A DNA stretch of 64,000 nt from Pontiella sp. (GCA_050298955.1 JBNKVA010000004.1:63690-127689), one strand, 5' to 3'; shown: positions 26,198-36,829, counted from the stretch's first letter. Notes: a model not told the origin generated them from the sequence alone. Made by a program: numbers and translations.

Positions 26198-27130
26198 TCA
26201 AAATCCAATGGCCATGATGACAGGGATGGTAATGGCCGAGAGCAAGGTGCTCAGGGCTACGATTCGCCCGGCCATCGGGCCGTCGTTGCCCATCACATCC
26301 GCCATCACATACGACATACCGGCGGCCGGCGCAGCCAGGTAGAAGATGGCGATCATTTTTTCCGTCGGATCCAGGCCGAAGAAGCCGGCCAGGAGGAACC
26401 CGAAGAGAGGAGCGGCCACCGTTTTGATCAGGGATGCAATCAGGGTGGGCGAGGCTGTCCCGCGTAATCGTTCGAAGTGCAGCGAAGCGCCAATGCTCAT
26501 AAGCACCAGCGGCAGCGCGGTGTGGCCCAGCGCGTCGAGCGGTCGAAACAACCAGCGCGGAAGACTATGGCCGGACAGGTTGAGTGCAATGCCGACCGTA
26601 CAGGAAACGATGAGCGGATTCCTGATTAACTCTCCGGCAAGAGCCGGGATTGAAATGCCGCTGCTTTGCCGGTTTGTGCTGAAGTGCGTGAGAATGATGA
26701 CACCCAGAATGTTGAACATGATGACCACCGGTGCGAGAACCACGGTCCCCAGCGCCTCGGCGCGGGGGTCGATGGTGCCGAGGGAGTAGATAATCACGGG
26801 CAGTGCGATGAACGCGCCATTACCTCTGAAAGAACCTTGAATGAAGGACCCGGTGCCGGGGTTCGGCAGCGACAGGCGGCGGGAAACCAGCCAGGCCAGG
26901 GCCAGAGCCAGCAGGGTGCCGCAAACCAGCAGCAGCACAATGCGGGAAATGGCGTCCAGCTCAAGGGCTGCGGTGCTGATGTTGGCGATCAGCAGGGCGG
27001 GCAGGGCAAACCAGAAGACGAGACGGTTCAGGCTTTTAAAGAAAATGTCCGGCAGAAACGCGGTCTTTTGCAGGATTCGGCCGAGGGCAATCAGCAGGAA
27101 AATAGGCACGATGCTGTTAATAATGAACAT
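26198..27130 (-). CDS. AEC (auxin efflux carrier / malate permease) family transporter
   Basis: P.F.LI.LG, LN.LVF..ALPAL, FRGN...[IL].LP, NPLI, PL.L.SIGA.L, ST.LS..T. Confidence 0.88.
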   Translation of the reverse strand: MFIINSIVPIFLLIALGRILQKTAFLPDIFFKSLNRLVFWFALPALLIANISTAALELDAISRIVLLLVCGTLLALALAWLVSRRLSLPNPGTGSFIQGSFRGNGAFIALPVIIYSLGTIDPRAEALGTVVLAPVVIMFNILGVIILTHFSTNRQSSGISIPALAGELIRNPLIVSCTVGIALNLSGHSLPRWLFRPLDALGHTALPLVLMSIGASLHFERLRGTASPTLIASLIKTVAAPLFGFLLAGFFGLDPTEKMIAIFYLAAPAAGMSYVMADVMGNDGPMAGRIVALSTLLSAITIPVIMAIGF

Positions 27131-27177
27131 GCATCGAAGCGTAAGGAATCCCTGCGCCACTGGCAAGGGGCCACGCG

Positions 27178-27855
27178 CTAGCTTTTCGGTAATTCGTCCA
27201 GCAGGCGCGAGAGGGCGACATTAATCGTGGTCAGTTTATCAAACGACGAGCGGATCTGCATGGCGGTCTGGATGTAGGGACCTTCCACCAGTTCCCCGGC
27301 GCAATTCTCCACCAGGGCCTCCACGCTGTCACGGGAGCACTCCATGTGAAACTGCAGGGCGACAACACGGTCGCCGAAAATGAAGCCCTGGTTTTCACAC
27401 GCATCGCTTGATGCAAGACGAACCGCACCCTCGGGCAGATCAAACGTATCACCATGCCAATGAAAGACGGTGAGTTCATCCGGAAGCCATGCAGGGGCGT
27501 CCGGGTCGCGCCGGATCGGAAACCAGCCAATCTCCTTGTGCGGACCGGGGTACACCCGGGCCCCCAGCACATCCGCAATCAATTGCGCACCAAGGCAGAT
27601 CCCCACCACCGTTTTGCCGGCATCAATGGACGCCTTGATGAAGTCTTTCTCCTCGGCGAGCCAGGGATAGTTGCAATGGTCATGAATACCCATCGGGCCG
27701 CCCATGATTACCAGCCAGTCAAATGCGGCCGGCGCCGGCGGCCGCTCTTCCGCAAACAGGCGCGTCCAACTGATTTCAATATCGCGGAATTCGGCCCACT
27801 CTTCAATGTAGCCGAGCCCTTCGAAGGGGACATGCTGGAGACAGTGAAGTTTCAT
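27178..27855 (-). CDS. Type 1 glutamine amidotransferase (stand-alone, GMP-synthase-like)
   Basis: QHVPFEG.G, MGGPM, GICLGAQL, EIGW, HWHGDTF.LP, QFH.E. Confidence 0.9.
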   Translation of the reverse strand: MKLHCLQHVPFEGLGYIEEWAEFRDIEISWTRLFAEERPPAPAAFDWLVIMGGPMGIHDHCNYPWLAEEKDFIKASIDAGKTVVGICLGAQLIADVLGARVYPGPHKEIGWFPIRRDPDAPAWLPDELTVFHWHGDTFDLPEGAVRLASSDACENQGFIFGDRVVALQFHMECSRDSVEALVENCAGELVEGPYIQTAMQIRSSFDKLTTINVALSRLLDELPKS

Positions 27856-27863
27856 AAAATCAT

Positions 27864-30800
27864 TTAGTCCTTTCGCTTGAGAAGGATGGTTCGCATGCCG
27901 GGGTGCGAAAGCCGGCGCCCCGCCTCGAGGATGTCGGCAAACTCGGCCGCCGGGATCAGTGCCGGATCAAGATCGGCAATCTGTACAACATGGATGGCGT
28001 TGGCCATCTCATCATATTCCGCTGTCACGTCAATCACCCCGGCGCCTTCGGGAGCCTGCCACACAAAGTTGCCGGGCAGGATGGCCGGTTCATAGCCATC
28101 AGGCAGCATGACTATGTATTCCGTCACGTTGTCGACGTAGTTTTCCCACGCCAGCGGCAGTGTTCGTTCATTAGACCGATACCTGAGCAGGTCGCCCAGC
28201 CCTCCCGGCAGAACAAAGTAAAGATAGCTGCCGTCATTTACGCCGTAGCGCGGGGCATACACGGAGTATTCCAGCTTGCCCGGGTAACGGCTGTAGTCTG
28301 TGAACAGATCAGATACCGCTTTGGCGGACTGGGAAATACCCGATACCAGTTCGAGATAGTGGCGTCGGCGGTTTTCGGGGGTCATCTCGGCGTAGGTCTG
28401 CTGGAACAGTTCAAAACGCGTGCCCTGGATGAACGCGGTCTGGGTCAGGCCGATCTCCCCGTTTTCCGCCACACTCATTTCATAGGTGGTATGGGAGCGG
28501 TCATCCTTTCCGGGGGAGACGCGGACCGTTTCAATCGAGCCTTTTCGAGGGTTCAGCATCCGGCGTTTATCGTAGGGTGAGGTGCCGAGTTCAGCATACT
28601 GAGACGATCCATCAAGATAGACGGTTTCTCCATCAATCTCGACCCGGACCAGCACCGTGCTGAAGGCGGTCCGCGACGGAATCCTGATCAAGGGCTCGGC
28701 GGCTTCCGGTATGAGCGGAATTCCTCCTGACAGGACAAACTCAGGTTTTAACCGGGCTGCCCGCAGCATGGCATGGAGGACGATCATGCGGTCGGTGTTG
28801 TTGCCATAACGATCCTTCAGGGTCAGGTCGGCCGGGGTGATAGCAGAAAACGGAAGGTCGGAAAGCCCGGGACCGGCTTGGCGCACGTTTTCCGCCACCC
28901 AGTCATGGATGGCCACGGCCTTTTCATGTTCATCTTTAATGCCTGCAGTGATTTCCCGGGCCAGGGCTTCGGTTGCCGGCTGACCTTCTGCCGCACGGAG
29001 CAGATGGGAGAGCACCTCCTGCCCATATTCTTTCCAGTCACCGCACGACAGGAAAACGGTCGGATTGAACGTCCACCACGCGGGCAGGGCCTCTTCCTGT
29101 TTTACGGCCGGCTCGTTGGTGGCGGTCCAGGTGTAGGTGATCGAACCGTCGCTGGAGGATTGGCTCTCGGCAATGCCGGTATTCAAAACCTTCAGATCGA
29201 GCGATGCGGGCGCGGTTAATGTTACGGTCTTCAGATCAATGGGCTCGTGCGCGTTGAAGGCCTGCGTGGTGGAGAAGAACGGCTTTCCATCCACCTCGGA
29301 AACAATTTCATACTCGATGACGCTTCCGATTTCGACCCCCGGCAGACTGGCAACGAGGATGCGTTCTTCCGGGTAGCGCGGAGCGGTGGCGACCCAGGGA
29401 GCATCCATCAGGTTGATTTCGTCCTCGACGATCTCCTTTACTGAGCCATCGGCCTGGGTGACCACAGCTTTGGTCAGGGCGACGTCCTGCCAGGCCGGAT
29501 TATAGGGGATCTTAATCTCGGAAGAGGATTTTTTGCCTGCATAGGTCAGGACTTTGATCTTCGAATACTGGGTTTCTGTCCAGCGGCTGCGGTCGGTCAG
29601 AGAGAAGTCCATTCTGCGTTCAATGATACGTACGTCGGCTTGTTCCTCCGGTGCTGCTGAGGCCGAGTCGACGATCAGGTTTTTCCGCAGGTTGTATTCG
29701 ATGTCCTTCAGGTTCTGTTTGAGTTCCAGGTATTCCTCCGGACTGAATTCCACGGTGTTGAGCAGAAACGTATTGGTGGTGAAAAGGGTTCCGTCGCGCC
29801 GGGCCATCCGGATATCCCAGGTCAGCGGCTTGGTATCGATCGACTGATAGTCCGGAATGTTGATGGTGCCCAGATCATCAGGCAGCTCGAGCTCGACGGT
29901 TTCGCGTATGCCGGCGGTCATGCGCGTGTAGAGCGGGTACTTCCGTTCATCGAGGCCGGTCTGCCCCAGCAGGAAGTTGGCATAACCCAGCGAGGCGCCG
30001 AGGCGGGGCGGTTTGAACATCTTGTTGGCCGGACCTTCGATTAACAGGTCCTCCGCCGAATAGCCCAGTTTGATCGTCAGCGGCTGCGTCGTGTCGCGCA
30101 GTTCCACCGGCAGGATTTCAAGCGATTCCAGTACGGCACTGGGCAGCTGCTTTTTAAGGTGGCCCTCAAAAAAGCGCCGGCGTTCCTCGGGCTTGATCTG
30201 TGAGAAGTAGCCACGGTATACCGTATCGTTGATACCCTCGAAAAGCAGCGTGCTTTGCGCATTCAGCGTTCCGGCTGCATTCAGGCTTCCGCCGGTGCTG
30301 ATGGTCAGCAGGTTGTCTTGGGCAGGAATTACGGGTGTGGTGAGCAGGGTCTCACCTTCAGGGCGGGCAACCAGATAACTCATGTTCTGCAGATAAGAGG
30401 GAAAAATGTCCTTGGTATTCTCGTCGGTGGAATCCATCAGAATATACGCCCCGTTCTCATCGAGAGCCGCGGTCACGGCGTGGTTGAAGAAGGGTTGGGG
30501 GACTTCCTCATCTTTCTTTGGACCGGCCATGATGATGACCGGGAATGCCTCGATATCGACGAGGCGAAGCATGGTGGCCAGGAGTGCGGCCTTGTCGCGG
30601 CAGACCCCGTAGCGGTTATCGAAGGTGATGCAGACATCATGCGGCTCGTAGCCCGGTGCTTCCTCCTCCGGTGTGATGCCCATGTAGCGGATATCCTGCG
30701 ATACAAAATTGAAAACCGCCTTGATCTTATCCAGCGTATTTGTGCAGTCGGCCACAAGCTCGTTGGCCTTGGCTTCCATTTCAGGTGTGGTGGCATCCAG

Positions 30801-31640
30801 TCGGGGGATGCACAGGTTCCAATACCACGTCGACAGGTCCTCCCACGATTCTATCGTGCTGACGAGCAGTCGCTGCACGACCGTGTAGCGCTTGGGCATG
30901 TTGGGTTCGTCGAACATGCGCGGAACGTTGCGCACCGTCCACGTGTAGATGATCTGGTCGCCGTCTTCACTCGGGCTCCGTTCATGAGAGACCGTTCCGG
31001 GGATCTCGGCTTTCAGGGCAATTTTTTTCAGGGGAAGGCCGGCGGGTGCGATGACCTGATAGGTCAGCCGTTCAATCGGCGTGGTGCCTTCGAACACCTG
31101 ATAATCGCTCCATGTGTCAGGCACCACCGTCTTGGTTTCGAGATCGCGCGCGATATAGCGCAGGGTGTCTCCGATTTCCAGCCCCGGTACCGAGAGGTTC
31201 AGGATCTTCGAGTTGGGGTTGTAGATGTTCTGGCTCATCTGATCCGGACTGACCATGACTTTGCTGTTTGCTTCCGGATCCACCGGGATGACGCTCCCGT
31301 CCGGTTTGATGATCTCCACCTTCGTGAAATAATTGGTGCCGTACGAGGTGTTGAAGTGGAGTGTGAGCGTGCGGTTTTCACGCTTGCCCTTTTCCGTCAG
31401 GATCTTGATCGCCGTGTCGTCCCATGTTTCCGCTGTGCCGTCGGTCTGGTATTCCACCTGAATGAAGTCATCGATGAGCACATCATCCGCATCGGGATAC
31501 GTTTCGCGCGTGGCCGACGATGCCTGCGCGATGATCTGCTCAATGGAGAGAAACTCCTTTGCCATGGCCGGGCCGGAGATGAGCAGGGTGAGAACAGCGA
31601 GGATGATCGTGCGGTCAGGTAATTGCATACGGAACTCCAT
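27864..31640 (-). CDS. Exported tandem DUF3857/transglutaminase-like protein
   Basis: Signal peptide (..GPAMA); module 1 with GVCRDKA, FNHA and D; module 2 has YGNNTDR in place of the Cys. Start at 31640 or 31628. Confidence 0.8.
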   Translation of the reverse strand: MEFRMQLPDRTIILAVLTLLISGPAMAKEFLSIEQIIAQASSATRETYPDADDVLIDDFIQVEYQTDGTAETWDDTAIKILTEKGKRENRTLTLHFNTSYGTNYFTKVEIIKPDGSVIPVDPEANSKVMVSPDQMSQNIYNPNSKILNLSVPGLEIGDTLRYIARDLETKTVVPDTWSDYQVFEGTTPIERLTYQVIAPAGLPLKKIALKAEIPGTVSHERSPSEDGDQIIYTWTVRNVPRMFDEPNMPKRYTVVQRLLVSTIESWEDLSTWYWNLCIPRLDATTPEMEAKANELVADCTNTLDKIKAVFNFVSQDIRYMGITPEEEAPGYEPHDVCITFDNRYGVCRDKAALLATMLRLVDIEAFPVIIMAGPKKDEEVPQPFFNHAVTAALDENGAYILMDSTDENTKDIFPSYLQNMSYLVARPEGETLLTTPVIPAQDNLLTISTGGSLNAAGTLNAQSTLLFEGINDTVYRGYFSQIKPEERRRFFEGHLKKQLPSAVLESLEILPVELRDTTQPLTIKLGYSAEDLLIEGPANKMFKPPRLGASLGYANFLLGQTGLDERKYPLYTRMTAGIRETVELELPDDLGTINIPDYQSIDTKPLTWDIRMARRDGTLFTTNTFLLNTVEFSPEEYLELKQNLKDIEYNLRKNLIVDSASAAPEEQADVRIIERRMDFSLTDRSRWTETQYSKIKVLTYAGKKSSSEIKIPYNPAWQDVALTKAVVTQADGSVKEIVEDEINLMDAPWVATAPRYPEERILVASLPGVEIGSVIEYEIVSEVDGKPFFSTTQAFNAHEPIDLKTVTLTAPASLDLKVLNTGIAESQSSSDGSITYTWTATNEPAVKQEEALPAWWTFNPTVFLSCGDWKEYGQEVLSHLLRAAEGQPATEALAREITAGIKDEHEKAVAIHDWVAENVRQAGPGLSDLPFSAITPADLTLKDRYGNNTDRMIVLHAMLRAARLKPEFVLSGGIPLIPEAAEPLIRIPSRTAFSTVLVRVEIDGETVYLDGSSQYAELGTSPYDKRRMLNPRKGSIETVRVSPGKDDRSHTTYEMSVAENGEIGLTQTAFIQGTRFELFQQTYAEMTPENRRRHYLELVSGISQSAKAVSDLFTDYSRYPGKLEYSVYAPRYGVNDGSYLYFVLPGGLGDLLRYRSNERTLPLAWENYVDNVTEYIVMLPDGYEPAILPGNFVWQAPEGAGVIDVTAEYDEMANAIHVVQIADLDPALIPAAEFADILEAGRRLSHPGMRTILLKRKD

Positions 31641-31804
31641 GATGATTTCCGGAAAAGCTACCGTTCCGCTGCCGAGCCCGCAAACCCTTTCTTTCTTCAC
31701 GCGCCATGATGCGCATCGACGTTGGATAAGCATGTATGACGATTAGGGTTTTCAACGCGGTGCAATGTGGTTTATCAATAGGCCTGTTTCCACGGGATAT
31801 TTAT

Positions 31805-32857
31805 ATGAAGCGATCAAATTTAATGGTGGGTCTGTTGAGTGTTCTGGTGGTGTTCGCGGTGGCGGCGGCCTTCAAGTCGGCCTACAACGTTGTGATACCG
31901 CTTATGATAGCCTGGCTGCTTTCCTATATCTGCGGTCCGGTGGTCAACTATCTGGTGCACCGGAGAGTTCCCCTGGGCGTCGCGGTGTTCGCCGTGTTGA
32001 TCCTGTTGCTGTTCGTCTTTTATTTCTGCGGCACCTTTCTTTACGACCGGGTCCGCGACGTGCTGGAGGTATCGCCCAAATATATATCCAAGCTCAATAC
32101 CATTTACAGCGACACGGTGTATAACTTCAACCTCTCCGAGGAATACCTTGCGGGCATTAACTGGACCGATAAACTGGGCCCCAAGCTCACACAGTTGACA
32201 GCCTCGACCGCTATCTGGATGGGCAACTTCCTCAGCAAGCTTCTTCTCGTGCTCATCTTTCTGGTCTTCATGCTGCTGGGGAAACCCTATTTCCGATACA
32301 AGGTCGAACGGGCGTTCCCTCCGGATCGCGCCTCCATTTTTTCGGAGATCACGGCCTCCATCTCGAAGCAGATCGGGCAGTATCTCGTGGTGAAAGTGGC
32401 TATCAGCGGCACGACCGGGGTGCTGGTGTGGCTGGGCTTGACCCTGCTCAACGTCGAGTTTGCTCTCACCTGGGGGGCCCTGGCCTTTTTTCTCAACTTT
32501 ATTCCCAGTATCGGCTCCATCCTGGCTTCCATTCCGCCGATCCTGCTGGCCATTGTCCAGTTTTACCCGTCGGTGTGGATGCCGATTGTTGTTGCGATCA
32601 TACTGCTGTTGATCCAGATGACCATGGGCAACGTAATCGAGCCGAAGATTATGGGCGACAGTCTGAACCTGAGCCCGGTGGTCATCCTGCTTTCGCTGGT
32701 CTTCTTCGGCTGGTTGTGGGGAATTGTCGGAGCGCTGCTGTCGGTGCCGATTGCGGCTGCGATCAAGATTTGCTGTGAGAATATCGAAGCCCTCCGGCCG
32801 ATCAGTATTCTGATGGGTTCGGGCAAGAGCTTCATGAAGGATAACCAGGGAGAATAA
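31805..32857 (+). CDS. AI-2E family transporter
   Basis: PL..A.LL.Y...P.V..L, FFLNFIPSIG, N.IEP.IMG.SL.LSP....SL.F.G.LWG.VG.LL.VP. Confidence 0.9.
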   Translation: MKRSNLMVGLLSVLVVFAVAAAFKSAYNVVIPLMIAWLLSYICGPVVNYLVHRRVPLGVAVFAVLILLLFVFYFCGTFLYDRVRDVLEVSPKYISKLNTIYSDTVYNFNLSEEYLAGINWTDKLGPKLTQLTASTAIWMGNFLSKLLLVLIFLVFMLLGKPYFRYKVERAFPPDRASIFSEITASISKQIGQYLVVKVAISGTTGVLVWLGLTLLNVEFALTWGALAFFLNFIPSIGSILASIPPILLAIVQFYPSVWMPIVVAIILLLIQMTMGNVIEPKIMGDSLNLSPVVILLSLVFFGWLWGIVGALLSVPIAAAIKICCENIEALRPISILMGSGKSFMKDNQGE

Positions 32858-32860
32858 GAC

Positions 32861-33727
32861 ATGTACCTGCCCGATATTTTCGAACGTCCGGAAGTCCGCG
32901 AATCCATCGCGCTGGCACTCAAGGAAGACCTGGGCGATATCGGAATTGATGTGACCTCTGAATCACTGGTGCCGTCAGAAGCAACGGCGGAAGCGCATCT
33001 GGTGGCACGACAGCATTGTGTCATCGCCGGGGTGACGGTCGCAAAGGAAGTCTTTCTTCAGGTCAATTCCAGTCTGGAGGTGGATCCACAGGTGACCGAT
33101 GGGTCAATGGTTGATGCCGGCACCAATGTGATGACCATTCGGGGGGCGGCCAGGAGCATCCTCACGGCGGAACGAACGGCCCTTAACTTTATGCAGCGGA
33201 TGTGCGGTGTGGCCACCATTACCGACCGGTATGTCCGGGCCGCCGACAACGTCGACGTCGACATTCTCTGCACGCGCAAAACCACGCCGCTGCTGCGCCC
33301 GTTCGAAAAATATGCCGTCCGTTGCGGCGGCGGAGTGAATCACCGGTATGGGCTGTTTGATGCTGTGCTGATTAAAGACAACCATCTGGCCTCCTGGGAA
33401 CGGACCCATGGCATCGGCGTCGGGGAGGCCGTTGCGGCAGCGCGAACCCGCTATCCCGATCTTAAGATTGAAGTTGAGGTCGATACCGTGGAGCAGCTCA
33501 AAGAAGCACTGGAAACCAAGCCCGACTGGGTGTTGCTCGACAACATGCCGCCGCCCGTGCTCCGCGCGTGTGTTGCTCTCTGTAAAGGGATCTGCCGAAC
33601 CGAGGCTTCCGGCGGGATCAACCTGGATACCATTTACGACATTGCCCATACCGGTGTTGATGCTCTCTCGGTCGGTGCATTGACGCATTCCGCGCCCTCG
33701 ATCGATCTGGCTCTTGATTTTGTATGA
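32861..33727 (+). CDS. nadC: Nicotinate-nucleotide diphosphorylase (QAPRTase)
   Basis: AL.ED, ERTALN, TRKTTP, NHR.GL.DAVLIKDNH, EVEV, LLDN, EASGG, SVGALTHS. Confidence 0.96.
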   Translation: MYLPDIFERPEVRESIALALKEDLGDIGIDVTSESLVPSEATAEAHLVARQHCVIAGVTVAKEVFLQVNSSLEVDPQVTDGSMVDAGTNVMTIRGAARSILTAERTALNFMQRMCGVATITDRYVRAADNVDVDILCTRKTTPLLRPFEKYAVRCGGGVNHRYGLFDAVLIKDNHLASWERTHGIGVGEAVAAARTRYPDLKIEVEVDTVEQLKEALETKPDWVLLDNMPPPVLRACVALCKGICRTEASGGINLDTIYDIAHTGVDALSVGALTHSAPSIDLALDFV

Positions 33728-34464
33728 CGACACTGGTCATAGACATCGGCAACACCAGCACATCGGTGGGATACTGCCAGAACGGCAGGGTAAGCGGGGT
33801 CGGGCGATGCCGTTCGCGATTCAGGCAGGCTGACGAAGTCCTCGATCTGGTGTCCCGTCGTATGGTTGACCGTGCCGTGGTGGCGTCGGTGGTTCCCGCG
33901 GTAAACGCCCGATGGAAAAAGGCGCTCAAGGCGGCCGGCCTGCCGAAACCGCTGTTTGTCTCGCACAAACTGGATCTGGGCGTGCCGATTGATTATCCGC
34001 ACCCCGAACGGATTGGTGCTGACCGGTTGGCTAACGCCGCCGCCGCTGCCCGTCTGTACGGAACCCCTTCGGTCGTATGCGATTTCGGAACGGCGCTGAC
34101 CTTTGATGTCATGCAGGCAGCGCGCGGTTATATCGGCGGGATCATCTGCCCCGGTCTGCCGCTGATGTTTGACTATCTCGCAGAAAAAACCGCGCTGCTC
34201 CCGCACGTTGCTCCCTCAAGAACGAAAGCCGTCGTCGGGCGGAATACGGAAAAGGCGATGCAGATCGGTGCGCGCCTGGGGTACCGCGGTATGGTACGCG
34301 AAATTCTGAATGCACTGCGCGACGATCTGGCCGCGCCGGACCTGCCCGTCTGCTGCACCGGCGGTTACGCGGGGTGGATCTTCAAGGACTGGGACGTCGA
34401 TGCGGTCATCGATCCCAACCTCACCCTCAAGGGGCTCGGAATCATCGGGAGCCTCAATGGATAG
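33724..34464 (+). CDS. coaX: Type III pantothenate kinase
   Basis: IDIGNT, SVVP, IGADR, DFGTALT.D, GG.I.PG, TGG; ATGA overlap with nadC. Confidence 0.95.
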   Translation: MTTLVIDIGNTSTSVGYCQNGRVSGVGRCRSRFRQADEVLDLVSRRMVDRAVVASVVPAVNARWKKALKAAGLPKPLFVSHKLDLGVPIDYPHPERIGADRLANAAAAARLYGTPSVVCDFGTALTFDVMQAARGYIGGIICPGLPLMFDYLAEKTALLPHVAPSRTKAVVGRNTEKAMQIGARLGYRGMVREILNALRDDLAAPDLPVCCTGGYAGWIFKDWDVDAVIDPNLTLKGLGIIGSLNG

Positions 34465-34568
34465 CCTGCGGGGGGCGTGTCGATAAATCCGGCTCTTTGG
34501 TTGCATACTGGATGCCGACAGATTAGCGTGGATGTGTGTAGTGCTCGCGAATTGCATCCGGAGTCCAT

Positions 34569-35399
34569 ATGAACAGAATTCTCTACAAGGAACAGCTGTC
34601 CGAAACCGTCGTTCTGATGCGGTTGGACGCGCCGTTAATCGCTCAGGAGCGGCGCCCCGGCCAGTTTGTCATCCTGCAGCTCGATGCGGACTTCGGTGAG
34701 CGCATCCCCCTGACCATTGCCGACGCCGACCCGGAGGAAGGATCGATTACGATCGTATTTCAGACGGTCGGGAAAACCACCCGGCTGCTCGCCCGGCTGG
34801 AGGTGGGACAGCATGTTGAAGCCCTGGTGGGACCGCTTGGCACGCCGACTCATATTGAAAATGTCGGATCGGTGGTATGCGTCGGCGGCGGGATCGGAGC
34901 CGCGCCGTTGCGACCCATTGCCGAGGCGCTGAAGGCGGCCGGGAACCACGTCACCATCATTCTGGGCGCACGCACAAAGGAACTGCTGATTTTTGAAGAG
35001 GTCATGCGCGCTGTCGCCGACGAGCTGATTATCTGTACGGACGATGGGTCCCGCGGTCGCAAGGCACTGGTCACGGAGCCGTTGGCGGAGATCTGCAGGC
35101 GCGAGCCCAGGCCCGGTCTGGCCGTCGCCATCGGGCCGCCGGTGATGATGAAGTTCTGTGCCGAGACCACACGCCCGTTTGATATACCGACCGTTGTGTC
35201 GCTCAACACCATCATGGTGGACGGGACCGGTATGTGCGGTGGATGCCGTGTGACAGTCGGTGACGAAACCAGATTTGTCTGTGTGGACGGTCCCGAGTTT
35301 GATGGGCATCTTGTCGACTTTGATAATATGATTAACCGACTTGCTTCTTACAAAAAGCAGGAGCGGGAACACGTATGCAATCTGGAGAAGGAAAAGTGA
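34569..35399 (+). CDS. nfnA: Electron-bifurcating transhydrogenase small subunit (NfnA/SudB-like)
   Basis: PGQFVI, GERIPLTIAD, GPLG.P, IGP.VMMKF, MVDGTGMCGGCRV...FVCVDGPEFD (Asp-Cys3 2Fe-2S). Confidence 0.88.
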   Translation: MNRILYKEQLSETVVLMRLDAPLIAQERRPGQFVILQLDADFGERIPLTIADADPEEGSITIVFQTVGKTTRLLARLEVGQHVEALVGPLGTPTHIENVGSVVCVGGGIGAAPLRPIAEALKAAGNHVTIILGARTKELLIFEEVMRAVADELIICTDDGSRGRKALVTEPLAEICRREPRPGLAVAIGPPVMMKFCAETTRPFDIPTVVSLNTIMVDGTGMCGGCRVTVGDETRFVCVDGPEFDGHLVDFDNMINRLASYKKQEREHVCNLEKEK

Positions 35400-36829
35400 G
35401 CCGTGAGCTGACGCCCAGGGAACGGATGTCGATTCCCGCGCAGGAGATGCCGGAACAGGATCCGGTTGAGCGCCGTTCCAACATGGAGGAGGTGGCCCTG
35501 GGATATACACAGGAGCAGGCTATACTGGAGGCCGAACGCTGCCTCCAGTGCAAGAATGCGCCCTGTGTTGCCGGGTGTCCGGTCGGGATTGATATTCCCG
35601 GCTTCATCAAGGCCATTGCCGAAGGCGACAACAAGAAGGCCGTCGATGTGATCAAGGAGAGCAGTCTGCTGCCGGCCGTCTGCGGCCGTGTCTGTCCGCA
35701 GGAAACGCAGTGCCAGGCCCCCTGTACCGTGGGCAAAGCATTGAAGTCGGTCGACCAGTCCGTAGGCATCGGCCGGCTGGAGCGGTTTGTGGCGGACTGG
35801 GAACGTGAAATCGGCCTGATCGAGGTGCCGGTCATCAAGCCGGAAAGCGGCAGGAAAGTCGGCATTATCGGTACCGGCCCGGCTGGCCTGACCGTTGCCG
35901 CCGATGTGCGCCGGGAAGGGCACGAGGTCGTGCTGTTCGAGGCATTTCACAAGCCCGGCGGGGTCATGGTGTATGGCATTCCCGAATTCCGTCTGCCTAA
36001 GAAGATTGTCCAGCAGGAGATCGATGCGCTGCTGGCTATGGGCTGCACGCTTGAGACCAATTTCGTGATCGGGCGCACCCGAAAGATTTCCGATCTGCTG
36101 GAAAAAGACGGTTTTGATGCGCTCTTTATCGGGACAGGAGCCGGTTTGCCGCGCTTCATGAACATTGAGGGTGAAAACCTGGTCGGAGTCTACTCAGCCA
36201 ACGAATACCTGACCCGCTCCAACCTCATGCGAGCCTACGATCGGGAACAGGCCAGCACCCCCATTTTTGAGTCCGAAAAGGTGGCCGTCCTGGGCGGGGG
36301 AAATGTGGCGATGGACGCGGCCCGCACCGCCGTGCGACTGGGTGCTGAAGAGGTTCATCTGATTTATCGCCGTACGGAGGTCGAAATGCCGGCGCGTGTC
36401 GAGGAGGTTCATCACGCCAAGGAGGAGGGGGTGCAGTTCCACCTGCTGCAGAACCCGAAGCGCATCCTGTCCGATGAGCGCGGCTGGGTGTGCGGGATCG
36501 AGTGCCTGCGGTATGAACTGGGTGAGCCTGATGATTCCGGCCGAAGGCGGCCTGTGCCGATTGAGGGAAGCGAGTTTGAAATTGAGGTCGACACGGTTAT
36601 TGTCGCCATCGGCAACGATTCCAATCCCCTGATCCGGCAGACCACGCCTGGTCTCGAAACCAATCGGTGGGGCAACATTGTCGTCGATGACTGCGGAAAA
36701 TCCTCTATCGACCGGATCTATGCCGGCGGCGATATTGTTCTCGGTGCGGCCACCGTCATTCTGGCCATGGGCGAGGGGCGCAAGGCCGCCGCCGCCATCA
36801 ACCGGATGCTGGCAGACGACGGCGGATGA
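35396..36829 (+). CDS. nfnB: NADPH-dependent oxidoreductase large subunit (NfnB/GltD-like)
   Basis: EA.RCLQC....CV.GCPV, CGRVCPQE.QC, G.GPAGL, YGIP.FRLP, GGGNVAMD; GTGA overlap with nfnA; no gltB nearby. Confidence 0.88.
   Translation: MSRELTPRERMSIPAQEMPEQDPVERRSNMEEVALGYTQEQAILEAERCLQCKNAPCVAGCPVGIDIPGFIKAIAEGDNKKAVDVIKESSLLPAVCGRVCPQETQCQAPCTVGKALKSVDQSVGIGRLERFVADWEREIGLIEVPVIKPESGRKVGIIGTGPAGLTVAADVRREGHEVVLFEAFHKPGGVMVYGIPEFRLPKKIVQQEIDALLAMGCTLETNFVIGRTRKISDLLEKDGFDALFIGTGAGLPRFMNIEGENLVGVYSANEYLTRSNLMRAYDREQASTPIFESEKVAVLGGGNVAMDAARTAVRLGAEEVHLIYRRTEVEMPARVEEVHHAKEEGVQFHLLQNPKRILSDERGWVCGIECLRYELGEPDDSGRRRPVPIEGSEFEIEVDTVIVAIGNDSNPLIRQTTPGLETNRWGNIVVDDCGKSSIDRIYAGGDIVLGAATVILAMGEGRKAAAAINRMLADDGG

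Noticed and set aside
31640-31805. ORF-track N-terminal extensions (also 4661-4750, 12170-12352, 16429-16620, 23813-23863, 40659-40820)
   Set aside because: They overlap neighbouring genes, promoters or terminators and lack family similarity; downstream starts fit SD sites or stop/start coupling better.
34490-34505. CGGCTCT-TTGG-TTGCA as a sigma54 promoter for nfnAB
   Set aside because: GG-N10-GC spacing is right, but the -24 element has three mismatches; too weak to call.
35396-36829. Annotation as glutamate synthase
   Set aside because: No large subunit nearby, and it is coupled to an NfnA-type gene, so NfnB fits better.
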